Source: Candidatus Latescibacterota bacterium
GTDB lineage: Bacteria > Latescibacterota > UBA2968 > GCA-2709665
Length of the DNA stretch: 64,000 bases
Assembly (NCBI GenBank): GCA_965237675.1
Contig: OZ250150.1
Span: 3,488,001-3,552,000, forward strand
Reading direction: 5' to 3'
Below are positions 1-9,417 of the stretch, one piece after another. Below the pieces are notes generated by a model, which ran no database searches, was not told the DNA's origin, and worked only from the letters and a program-made list of their open reading frames with translations. Positions within the stretch are counted from its first letter, which is position 1; each line of letters begins with the position of its first letter. Made by a program: the position numbers and the translations under genes.

Positions 1-552
1 TATGCCTTTGAGGGTCTCAAACGGGTCTACCGGCGTCTTGTTTACGCAAGCGCCGTGTGTGATTTGCTGGATCGCATGACGCCTGAAGAAGATCCCAGTT
101 CCATTCTATGCGGTATCACCCTGGACACGCTGCGGTGGATGGAAACGGTTGAGGAAGTGGCGGTTGAATTGCCGCTCTGGTATTTTCAGCTCAAAGCGGC
201 TGAGGCACTGGGCTACCGGCCCCATCTGAGCGGCTGTGTCCAATGCGGCGGTCGGATTACCGGCGGCCGGGTGTGTTTCGACGCTGGGCGGGGCGGTACG
301 GTCTGTCGACGTTGCGAAAGCGGGGGCCTTGCGGTCAAAATGGCTACCATTCAATACCTGGAAAAACTCCAGGTCACACGGGCAGACCGAATCGAAGAGA
401 AGAGTTTCCAGGCGATCGACACCATTGAAGCGCGCCGTGTATTGCGTGGCTTCTTGTGGCGTCATATCGAGAACCGGGGCCAGGTCAAGTCATTGGATTT
501 CCTGAATCAGATGTTGGCGGCAGAGGGGCCGTCCGTGCCCTATGGCAGTTGA
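1..552 (+). CDS. recO: DNA repair protein RecO, C-terminal part (5' end outside window)
   Basis: Frame open from the window start; 'ALGYRPHLSGCVQCG...FDAGRGGTVCRRC' C4 Zn motif and terminal 'KSLDFL' typical of the RecO C-terminal domain. Confidence 0.85.
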   Translation, partial: YAFEGLKRVYRRLVYASAVCDLLDRMTPEEDPSSILCGITLDTLRWMETVEEVAVELPLWYFQLKAAEALGYRPHLSGCVQCGGRITGGRVCFDAGRGGTVCRRCESGGLAVKMATIQYLEKLQVTRADRIEEKSFQAIDTIEARRVLRGFLWRHIENRGQVKSLDFLNQMLAAEGPSVPYGS

Positions 553-631
553 GGGCTGGTCGACGGCAGACCATATACGGAAATAATCGACGGGATATCC
601 GTCTTTTGGGAAAGGGGAACGGGATAGCGGA

Positions 632-3319
632 ATGGGAGAACAGGCCTTGCTCGAAAAAAAGTACGATCCAGGGTCGGTTGAAAAGACCTGGTACGCCTTC
701 TGGGAGAAGAAGGGGTATTTCCGGCCGGAATATCGGGCCTGCGGAAGGCCGTATTCCATCACGATTCCACCGCCAAATGTCACTGGAGAGCTTCACATGG
801 GGCACGCGCTTCAGCATGCAATTCATGATGCGGTGGTGCGGTGGAAGCGAATGCAGGGGCACCGGACGCTCTGCCTGCCCGGTACCGACCACGCCGGCAT
901 TGCCACCCAGATGAAGGTTGAGCAGCAGCTTTTTGAGGAGGAAGGGAAGGGACGACACGATATTGGCCGGGAGGAGATGTTAAAACGGATCGGTGTCTGG
1001 AAACAAAAATACGGGGGAACCATTCTGAACCAGCTCCGGGAAATGGGTTGCAGCTACGATTGGGATCGGGAGCGGTTCACCATGGACCGTGGGTACGCCC
1101 GGGCGGTTTTGTCGGCCTTTGTGAGATTTTATGAAAAGGGATGGATCTACCGCGGTAAGCGGATGGTAAATTGGTGTCCGCGGTGCGGCACGGTCATTTC
1201 GGACCTGGAGGTGGAGGAGCGGGAACACGAGGGACATCTGTGGCATATTAGGTATCCGGGTCTGGAGGGTGCGCCGGACGTGGTGGTAGCCACGACGCGC
1301 CCTGAGACGATGTTGGGAGATACGGGTGTGGCGGTACATCCCGAAGACCCGCGCTGGCAGCGGGCGATTGGCCGCCGTGTCATGTTGCCGCTGATGGAGC
1401 GGTCGATCCCGATTGTGGCCGATCGGTACGCGAATCCAGAGATGGGTAGCGGTGCGGTAAAGGTGACGCCCGCGCACGACCCCAATGACTACGAAATCGG
1501 GTTGCGGCACGGGTTGCCGGAGATCCAGGTCATTGGATTCAACGGAGAGATGAACCACGAGACCGGTTCGTTTAGCGGCATGGACCGGTTCGCCTGCCGA
1601 GACGCGGTGATTGCGGCCCTGAAGGAATCGGGACTTCTAGAGCGAATCGAGGATTACGAACATATGGTGCCGCACCACGACAAGTGTGGCACTCCCATCG
1701 AGCCACTGCCGATGGATCAGTGGTTTCTGGCCATGAGGTCCCTTGCGGATCAGGCTCTGCCCGCTTTGAGGAAGCAGCAGATCAGATACGTACCCGATCG
1801 GTTTCGTGAATATTCCGTTGAGTGGCTGGAAAACATCCAGGACTGGTGCATCTCCCGTCAGATCTGGTGGGGACATCGGATCCCTGTGTGGACCTGTGCC
1901 GGCTGCGGAGAAATGCTTGTTCAGGTGGATGCACCCGTACGCTGCAATGCGTGCGGCAACGAAGCACTTGTGCAGGATCCGGACGTGCTAGACACATGGT
2001 TTTCGTCAGCTCTGTGGCCCTTCGCCACCCTCGGATGGCCGGAACCGGCAGAGGACCTGAAGGTGTTCCATCCAACCGATCTGATGATAACGGGCAGGGA
2101 TATTCTCTTCCTTTGGGTGGCACGGATGATCATGACGGCAGCGGAGTTTGTGGATGAGATTCCGTTCGGAACGGTATTTGTGCATCCGACCGTCCAGACG
2201 CGCGACGGGAAACGGATGAGTAAATCGCTGGGTACCGGGATCGATCCGAGGGAATTGATCGAACGGTACGGCGCGGATGCAACCCGTCTGTCGTTGCTTT
2301 ACCAGTGCGGCAGTTCACAGGACATTCGTTTCGACGCCGACGTCGTGGACAACCATATTCAGGATTCTCCTATAACAGAGTCCTGCAGAAATTTCTGCAA
2401 CAAGATCTGGAATGCGGCCCGATTTGTACAGATGAACCTTGATGAGGACGCCTTGAGATGCACAACGCCTCCGCCAGTGGCGCCTGGAGATCCGGCTGAT
2501 CGATGGATACTCAGCCAGTATAATCGGACGGTTCGCGCCGTGACGGAATCTCTTGAGGCGTATCGTTTTGACGAGGCATCCAAGACCCTTTACGAATTCG
2601 TATGGAACACATTCTGCGACTGGTACCTGGAGATCGCCAAAGTGCGGTTGAGTGACAATGACCGGGACGAAAGAGATAACGCACGGAGCACGCTGGTTCA
2701 TGTGCTGGAGGGCGCCCTGCGTTTACTTCATCCGATGGCGCCGTTTATCTCCGAGGCGCTGTGGCAACGGCTTCCTCACTCTGGAGACGCACTGATTGTT
2801 GCGAAATGGCCGGAGGTGAACTCGGAACGATTCGACGAGACCGCGGAGCGCGAGATGGCACTTCTGCACGAGGTAGTGGGTGCGGTAAGGAATATTCGCG
2901 GGACGATGCGGGTGCCGCCCGGCAAACGCGCGGATGTACTCCTGAAGGTGAATTCGGCCGAAATCGGGGAGATTCTGACCCGATTCGAGGTCTATCTTCG
3001 CGCACTCGCCAGGGTTGCGGAACTTCGGATCGGTACGGATATCACCCGTCTGCCGGCATCTGCCAGCGCCGTGTTGAGGGATGTCGAGATCTTCGTGCCT
3101 TTGCACGGTCTGATCGATCTCGACGTGGAGCGCCGCCGTCTGCGGAAGGAAATCGAGAAGCTGGAGGCGTTGCTGGGCGGGCTGGATAAGAAGCTCGATA
3201 ACGCTGGATTCCTGAATAATGCGCCTGCGGAGGTGGTCTCCCGGGAGAGGGGGCGTCACGCACAGTACCTGAATGCACTTGGCCGGTTGAACGACAATCT
3301 TGCCGCGGTGTTGTCCTGA
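632..3319 (+). CDS. valS: Valine--tRNA ligase
   Basis: PPPNVTGELHMGH (HIGH), RMSKS (KMSKS), DWCISRQIWWGH, C-terminal coiled coil; 895 aa. Confidence 0.97.
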   Translation: MGEQALLEKKYDPGSVEKTWYAFWEKKGYFRPEYRACGRPYSITIPPPNVTGELHMGHALQHAIHDAVVRWKRMQGHRTLCLPGTDHAGIATQMKVEQQLFEEEGKGRHDIGREEMLKRIGVWKQKYGGTILNQLREMGCSYDWDRERFTMDRGYARAVLSAFVRFYEKGWIYRGKRMVNWCPRCGTVISDLEVEEREHEGHLWHIRYPGLEGAPDVVVATTRPETMLGDTGVAVHPEDPRWQRAIGRRVMLPLMERSIPIVADRYANPEMGSGAVKVTPAHDPNDYEIGLRHGLPEIQVIGFNGEMNHETGSFSGMDRFACRDAVIAALKESGLLERIEDYEHMVPHHDKCGTPIEPLPMDQWFLAMRSLADQALPALRKQQIRYVPDRFREYSVEWLENIQDWCISRQIWWGHRIPVWTCAGCGEMLVQVDAPVRCNACGNEALVQDPDVLDTWFSSALWPFATLGWPEPAEDLKVFHPTDLMITGRDILFLWVARMIMTAAEFVDEIPFGTVFVHPTVQTRDGKRMSKSLGTGIDPRELIERYGADATRLSLLYQCGSSQDIRFDADVVDNHIQDSPITESCRNFCNKIWNAARFVQMNLDEDALRCTTPPPVAPGDPADRWILSQYNRTVRAVTESLEAYRFDEASKTLYEFVWNTFCDWYLEIAKVRLSDNDRDERDNARSTLVHVLEGALRLLHPMAPFISEALWQRLPHSGDALIVAKWPEVNSERFDETAEREMALLHEVVGAVRNIRGTMRVPPGKRADVLLKVNSAEIGEILTRFEVYLRALARVAELRIGTDITRLPASASAVLRDVEIFVPLHGLIDLDVERRRLRKEIEKLEALLGGLDKKLDNAGFLNNAPAEVVSRERGRHAQYLNALGRLNDNLAAVLS

Positions 3320-3459
3320 AGCCCGCGACCATTAACGCGGATGAGCCGCCTGGTTCGATCCAACACGAGATTCCGGGTCAAACCGCGGCTGAGGTAAGAA
3401 TACCTGGATGTCGGTCCGGCTTGTCAGAGTTCGACTGATTTATATCGGAAGACCGTGAG

Positions 3460-5613
3460 ATGTTGAGAATCTATGTACGGCGGATTCTGCTCTATTGTGG
3501 GATCTGTGTCCTGGTGTACGCGGGCATCGTCGGGGCGGTGGTGCTTCGATTCAAAGATGAGCTGCCTTCATTTTCACAACTGGAGGAGGTGGAGCCCGCG
3601 CGAACCACCAGCATCATTTCCGCCGACGGCGTGGTGCTGAAGCGGTTCTGGGTCGAAAATCGGGTGCCGATTACCTACGGCCAGATTCCGGAGGCGGCGA
3701 TTTGGGCTCTGACCGCCACGGAGGATCAGCTCTTCTGGCGGCATTGGGGTGTGAGCCTTCCCGATATCGTCCGTGCGGTATTGCGCAACGTGTTGGAGGA
3801 AGGAAGTCTGAAGGGACACGGGGCCAGTACGATTACGCAGCAACTCGCCCGAAATCTGTTTCTGGATCAGAAACAGACGTGGACCCGGAAGGTGAAGGAG
3901 CAGTTGACAGCCGTGCTGCTGGAGCGGACGTATACGAAACGGGAAATTATCGAGATATATTTCAACAAGGTTTTGTTCGGCAATGGCGCATACGGCATTC
4001 AGTCCGCGGCAGAGCGGTTTTACGGCAAGGACGCCAAGGAATTGACGCTGGACGAATGCGCGCTGCTGGTAGGACTGCTCAAAGGACCCTATTTCTACTC
4101 ACCCATCAATCATCCCCGCCGGGCTCGAGATCGGCGTGACTTGGTACTTCGTTTAATGCGCAGCACGGGCGGAATCACTCATGCGCAATACCTTTCAGCC
4201 ACGCGGCGACCCATTGTCTTAAAGGATACCCAGGTTGAAGAGATCGGTGAAGCGCCGTATTTCACGGAGTACATTCGTCGTTACCTCGAGAAAAATTACG
4301 GTTGGAATCTGTTGTACAAAGACGGCGCATCGGTGTATTCGACCGTAGACAGCCGTATCCAGTCAATTGCAGAGGAGACACTCCTGAAGCACCTGGAGAC
4401 GGTGCAGAAAAGGGTGGCGGCGAAACGACGGTGGAATCCGCCGGATTCGACGTTTTGGGCTGGCATCAGCACCCTGGAAGACTCGCTGAGGGCCACGGTG
4501 GTGCAGGGTGCGCTGGTTGCACTGGACACGCATACAGGACACATTCTGGCCATGGTCGGTGGCCGGGATTTCAAACAGAGCAAGTTCAATCGGGCAGTTC
4601 AAGCGCTACGCCAGCCAGGATCGGCATTTAAACCGTTCATCTATGCGTCGGCGATCGCGCAAAAGATCCCATCCACGCGTCGGTATCCGGATACGGCCGT
4701 TTCGGTCGAGATGTACGACGGCAGCCTGTGGCGACCGCAAAACTACGATCGCAAATTTCTCGGCTGGATGACGATGCGGGAAGGCCTTGCCATGTCCCGG
4801 AATGTCGTGTCGACCAAAATTCTCGAGGAGGTCGGGCCCCGAACTGCGGTTCGCCTGTCGAAACGCATGGGAATTTCCAGCAGGATCCGGGCCGTGAAGT
4901 CCCTTGGAATGGGTACAAGTGAAGTGAAATTGATCGACCTGGTAGCCGCGTACGGGACGTTTCCCAACGGCGGTATCCGTGTGGATCCGGTTGCGATTCT
5001 GAAGATCACGGACAAGGACGGAAACGTTGTCGAAAGCCGGGTTCAGGGCAAGGAACACGAAGCGCTCAGTGCGGAAGCGGCCGCCGTCGTGACAAGCATG
5101 CTCCGGTCCGTTATGGATATGCGCAAGCAGACCCCGAAGGGAGTCTGGCGCGGCACCGGTTCAAGCGCCCGATCGGCACATGGGTTCCGGCGACCGGCGG
5201 CGGGAAAGACCGGTACCACTCAGAACTTCGCGGACACGTGGTTTGTGGGCTTCACGCCCCGGATCGTGGCGGGCGTCTGGATCGGGTTCGACGACTATCG
5301 TGTCTCTCTGGGAAGCGGGATGTCGGGTGCGGCCGTGGCGCTGCCGGTGTGGGCGAGATTTATGAAAAAGTTACACGAAACACTCGATTTGCCAGAGGAA
5401 GAATTTGAACTGCCTCCAGGCGTCGCCCAGTTGGAAGTGTGCGGCGACACGTTTGAGGTGGCGTCCATCTATTGTCCCAGTCGATTGGACGAAGTGTTTG
5501 TGCCGGGAGCTGAGCCGACATCTCCCTGTCCCATCCATACGGCGGCCGTCGTCCGGCATCCTGACCTGAAGAAACAGGATCGCGAGAACGCGAATCGAGC
5601 GTATCAGTTCTAG
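3460..5613 (+). CDS. Class A penicillin-binding protein (PBP1A family transglycosylase/transpeptidase)
   Basis: N-terminal TM; TEDQLFWRHWG, GASTITQQLARN, RKVKE; SAFK (SxxK), SRN (SxN), KTGT. Confidence 0.95.
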   Translation: MLRIYVRRILLYCGICVLVYAGIVGAVVLRFKDELPSFSQLEEVEPARTTSIISADGVVLKRFWVENRVPITYGQIPEAAIWALTATEDQLFWRHWGVSLPDIVRAVLRNVLEEGSLKGHGASTITQQLARNLFLDQKQTWTRKVKEQLTAVLLERTYTKREIIEIYFNKVLFGNGAYGIQSAAERFYGKDAKELTLDECALLVGLLKGPYFYSPINHPRRARDRRDLVLRLMRSTGGITHAQYLSATRRPIVLKDTQVEEIGEAPYFTEYIRRYLEKNYGWNLLYKDGASVYSTVDSRIQSIAEETLLKHLETVQKRVAAKRRWNPPDSTFWAGISTLEDSLRATVVQGALVALDTHTGHILAMVGGRDFKQSKFNRAVQALRQPGSAFKPFIYASAIAQKIPSTRRYPDTAVSVEMYDGSLWRPQNYDRKFLGWMTMREGLAMSRNVVSTKILEEVGPRTAVRLSKRMGISSRIRAVKSLGMGTSEVKLIDLVAAYGTFPNGGIRVDPVAILKITDKDGNVVESRVQGKEHEALSAEAAAVVTSMLRSVMDMRKQTPKGVWRGTGSSARSAHGFRRPAAGKTGTTQNFADTWFVGFTPRIVAGVWIGFDDYRVSLGSGMSGAAVALPVWARFMKKLHETLDLPEEEFELPPGVAQLEVCGDTFEVASIYCPSRLDEVFVPGAEPTSPCPIHTAAVVRHPDLKKQDRENANRAYQF

Positions 5614-5646
5614 TTTCCTGGCCCGTAAAAACAGGATACGAATAGA

Positions 5647-5687
5647 TAAAAATTAAACCCGGCGAACATCGCCGGGTTTAATTTTTA
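5647..5687. terminator. Bidirectional intrinsic terminator between convergent PBP and secDF
   Basis: Perfect 19-bp inverted repeat TAAAAATTAAACCCGGCGA-aca-TCGCCGGGTTTAATTTTTA with A/T tracts at both ends. Confidence 0.9.
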
Positions 5688-5703
5688 GGTTCAGACTGCC
5701 GTC

Positions 5704-8256
5704 TTATGCGCGCGCGCGGCGGGACCCAACAACTGCGGTCTCTTTCCGGCGGTCGACCGCATTCTGCCATATAAGTACCAAGGGACTGGCCACGAATGAG
5801 GAAGAATAGGTGCCTACGATCACTCCGATCATCAGAGCAAAAGCGAAATCGCGAATGACCTCCCCGCCGAGGAGAAGCAATCCCAGGACAACGAGCAGTG
5901 TCGTACCTGAGGTGAGAACCGTACGGTTAAGGCATTCGTTGATGCTCCGGTTGATGACCTCGGCAGAACTGTCTCGCCGGTAGAGCTTTCGATTTTCGCG
6001 GATGCGATCGTAGACCACGATGGTATCGTTCAGGGAATAGCCAACGATTGTAAGCAATGCGGCGACGATGGCCAGGGAAATCTCTTTGTCCATCAGGGAA
6101 AAAGCGCCCAAAGTGAGCAGCACGTCGTGGAACAGCGCCACGACCGCGGCGATACCGAACTGGATCTGCTTGAAACGCCACCAGATGTAAAAGACGATCA
6201 GGATCAGGGAGACGATTATTGCGTGGATGGCGTTTTGTTTAAGTTCGCTGCCGATCTTTGGTCCAACCGCCTCCTGGCGCCTTAACCACTGCGTCGGATC
6301 GGGAATGCTGGACGCGAATTTTGTCTTGAGCGTGTTGTTTATGGCGTCGGCGGTGACTGTCCCTTCTGCTTCTTCCTCCACGCGAATCAGAATATCGGAA
6401 GCCGGACCGAAAACTTTGATTTCGCTGTGTCTCAGGTCGCGTTTTTTGCCCTTCACGTCGACGTCTTGAAGGGCATCGCGCAGGTCTGCGACCTCAACTG
6501 GAGGATCGAAGTGTAACTCCAACAGGGTGCCGCCTGCGAAGTCTATGCCGAGGTTGTAGCCTCCCTTGGTGACCGTGGAACCGAGACCAATCAGGATAAG
6601 CAGCGCCGAAAGCACGAACGCTGGTTTGCGCAGGCCCAGGAAGTCAAAAGATGGACGCCGGAAGATGGTTAGTCTGCCGATACTGATGGAAGTGAGTTGC
6701 CAGCGATTGATTGCGATTCTGAAGAGGGTCCGTGTGACGAATAGTGCCGTGTACATACTGCAGAGAATCCCGACCATGAGCGTAAGTGCGAAGCCGCGGA
6801 TGGGACCCGTACCGAACTGATAGAGTACAACGGCGGTGATAACGGTGGTGATGTTGGCGTCGACGATGGTGAGTAGCGCTTTGCCGTACCCGTCTTCAAC
6901 GGCGACGCGGGGGGTCTTGCCGTTGCGCAACTCTTCGCGGATTCGCTCGAAGATGAGCACGTTGGCGTCGACGGCCATTCCGATCGTGAGAATAATACCG
7001 GCAATTCCCGGCAAGGTGAGGGTGCCGCCGAATCCGGCCAGGATGGCCACCACAAACAGGAGATTCAGAACCAGGGCAAGGTTGGCCACGACGCCGGAAA
7101 GGCCGTAGTAGAGAACCATAAAGGCCATGACCACGGCCAAACCGATCAGGGCGGCCTTTCGGCTCTGTTCAATGGAGTCTCGTCCGAGCGACGGGCCAAC
7201 GGTTCGGTCTTCTACAATCGGCGCGTTTGCCGGCAAGGCCCCCGCCCGAAGAACAATGGCCAGGTCTTTCGCCTCCTCAAGGTCGCCACTGCCTTCAATA
7301 ATGGACCGTCCATCACGAATTTTGGCGCGAATGGTAGGCGCTGAGTAAACCTGATCATCGAGAATGATGGCCATGCGTTCGTCGAGGTGGGCACCGGTGA
7401 CGCGGGAGAAGCGTTTGATGCCGTCGTTTGTTGTGGTAAAGTTGATAATGGACTGCCCTGCATTTTCAAAACTCTGACCCTTGGTAACCTTGGCGTCCTG
7501 AACGATGTCGCCGGTCATTTCGATGCGCTTGTAAAGATAATAGAGTCGCCGGTATTTCTGACCATCGCCGAATTCTTCCACTTCGTTTCCCCAGAGGAAC
7601 TCGGAATCGTCCGGAATGAGCTCCCGGATTTCCTGATCTTCGAACATGATGGCTCTTACGGTCTGTATCCTGTCGGCAGGAACGATCAGATCTTCGCCCA
7701 GGGAGAGCACATATCGTTTTATCGAGGGTTTTTCTTCGACGGCTTCCTCTTCAAAGAGGCTGGCGGCATCCTTTATTGTTGGGTCTTCTGCCGCCCTTGC
7801 CGCCAGTCGCGTTTCTATTTTGTCGAGTATGGCGAGGCGGTCGGTTACCGGCGCGAGGATTTTGAATTCGAGGCGCGCCTGCGTCTGTATGAGATTCTTG
7901 GCACGCTCCACATTCTGCACGCCAGGAAGCTCGACCACAATGCGCCATTCTCCTTCGCGATGGATAATGGGTTCGGCCACACCGAACTGATCGACCCGGT
8001 TCGTGATGATTTCTTTTACGCGGTCCACAACATCCGCCCGTTCGTCTTCGGAAAGGCCGGTCGGATCCACCTCAAGAACCAGGTGGATGCCGCCCTGGAG
8101 ATCCAGCCCCAGGTTGACGGCTTCCCGTTTGACGGCTGAGAGTTTGTCGGGATCCGTCGGCGGGTCGAAATAATACCGGTACGTGGGAAAAAGGTAATAC
8201 AACGCGAGCACGATCGTAGCGAGGATAATCAGGACGCGAAGGTTATCTCTTTTCAT
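5704..8256 (-). CDS. secDF: Fused protein translocase subunit SecD/SecF
   Basis: LGLDLQGG, GMAVDANVLIFERIREE (SecD); LGIDFAGG, GYSLNDTIVVYDRIRE (SecF) in one 850-aa ORF. Confidence 0.96.
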   Translation of the reverse strand: MKRDNLRVLIILATIVLALYYLFPTYRYYFDPPTDPDKLSAVKREAVNLGLDLQGGIHLVLEVDPTGLSEDERADVVDRVKEIITNRVDQFGVAEPIIHREGEWRIVVELPGVQNVERAKNLIQTQARLEFKILAPVTDRLAILDKIETRLAARAAEDPTIKDAASLFEEEAVEEKPSIKRYVLSLGEDLIVPADRIQTVRAIMFEDQEIRELIPDDSEFLWGNEVEEFGDGQKYRRLYYLYKRIEMTGDIVQDAKVTKGQSFENAGQSIINFTTTNDGIKRFSRVTGAHLDERMAIILDDQVYSAPTIRAKIRDGRSIIEGSGDLEEAKDLAIVLRAGALPANAPIVEDRTVGPSLGRDSIEQSRKAALIGLAVVMAFMVLYYGLSGVVANLALVLNLLFVVAILAGFGGTLTLPGIAGIILTIGMAVDANVLIFERIREELRNGKTPRVAVEDGYGKALLTIVDANITTVITAVVLYQFGTGPIRGFALTLMVGILCSMYTALFVTRTLFRIAINRWQLTSISIGRLTIFRRPSFDFLGLRKPAFVLSALLILIGLGSTVTKGGYNLGIDFAGGTLLELHFDPPVEVADLRDALQDVDVKGKKRDLRHSEIKVFGPASDILIRVEEEAEGTVTADAINNTLKTKFASSIPDPTQWLRRQEAVGPKIGSELKQNAIHAIIVSLILIVFYIWWRFKQIQFGIAAVVALFHDVLLTLGAFSLMDKEISLAIVAALLTIVGYSLNDTIVVYDRIRENRKLYRRDSSAEVINRSINECLNRTVLTSGTTLLVVLGLLLLGGEVIRDFAFALMIGVIVGTYSSSFVASPLVLIWQNAVDRRKETAVVGSRRARA

Positions 8257-8342
8257 TGTTGAGTTTTGACTCCTGTGAACACGATGGATCCGGGATCGGG
8301 ATGGCGTCGGGCGCCGAATGCTGTTCTTGAGGCCCTGTCGGC

Positions 8343-9308
8343 CTACTTCTGCCGATCAACCACATGTCTCACCGCGAGTTCCAGCGCATCTCGCGCTTCC
8401 GACGTTTTCAGTTCGGACAGACGCTTCAGTCCGGAGGAGGCGTACTGCCGTGCTTCCTGGCGGGCGGCTTCGATGCCCTGGTAACGCCGTACGAAGCGGA
8501 AGACTTCCTGGAGGTCGGCATCGGACTCAATGCCGTTCCGCACCTTTGCCTGTATCTGTTCGGCATCGCCGTTGGGGCAATTGGCCAGTGCGCGAATCAG
8601 CGGTAACGTCAGTTTCTTTTCGCGCACGTCGCTGCCCACCGGCTTGCCCAGGGATTCTTCGTCGCCAATAAAGTCCAGCAAATCGTCGGTTATCTGGAAG
8701 GCGATTCCCACTTCTTTTCCGAATGTGGACATCCGTGAGACCTGCTCGGTTGTGCCGCCCCCCAAAATAGCGCCAACCTCGCATGCCAGGGCCATCAACG
8801 ACGCGGTCTTCTTGCCGATCATGTTGAAATAGCGCGTGGCCTCGGCATCGTTTCCGCTTTCGACCTCTAGAATTTCCCCCTCAATCATCCGGCTGACGGC
8901 GCGCGTGGCGGCTCGCATCACGTCCATGGAGTCGAGGCCGACCAGAAGTTGCAAAGCCCTGGCCAGCAGGAAGTCTCCCATAAGGACTGCTGCTTTGTTG
9001 CCCCATTTGAGGTTGAGCACCTCAGCGCCCCGGCGTTTGTCGGCATGATCGATAACATCGTCGTGGATAAGCGTCGCTGTGTGGATGACTTCAATTCCGG
9101 CCGCAGCGTCCACAACCCTGTCGGAACATTCTCCGATGGCCTGTGCGGTAAGCAGAGAGAGAGCCGGACGAATGATTTTGCCCCGCGTCGTAAGAATATG
9201 GCTGCCCATGGCCTGAACCAGATTGACGTCGGAGGCCAGCGTCTCTGTGAAACGCTTTTCAAAACGCTCGATCTTGGGTTGTATGGGCTGAAGAATTTGA
9301 TCTAACAT
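8343..9308 (-). CDS. Polyprenyl diphosphate synthase (IspB/HepT-like)
   Basis: GKIIRP, HDDVID..RRG (FARM), FQITDDLLD (SARM). Confidence 0.93.
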   Translation of the reverse strand: MLDQILQPIQPKIERFEKRFTETLASDVNLVQAMGSHILTTRGKIIRPALSLLTAQAIGECSDRVVDAAAGIEVIHTATLIHDDVIDHADKRRGAEVLNLKWGNKAAVLMGDFLLARALQLLVGLDSMDVMRAATRAVSRMIEGEILEVESGNDAEATRYFNMIGKKTASLMALACEVGAILGGGTTEQVSRMSTFGKEVGIAFQITDDLLDFIGDEESLGKPVGSDVREKKLTLPLIRALANCPNGDAEQIQAKVRNGIESDADLQEVFRFVRRYQGIEAARQEARQYASSGLKRLSELKTSEARDALELAVRHVVDRQK

Positions 9309-9388
9309 AGTGTATTGGGACGGCCGTCTGCCAGGTGGCGGGTCAAACCCTTCGATACCGCGGTTTCAATATTGGAATAAGACCTTCC

Positions 9389-9417
9389 AACGTAACAAAA
9401 ACGAGTGTGCTTGTCAA
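9389..9417 (-). promoter_or_regulatory. Putative sigma70 promoter for the polyprenyl synthase-secDF genes
   Basis: TTGACA-17 nt-TACGTT; the -35 overlaps the stop codon of the upstream gene. Confidence 0.5.
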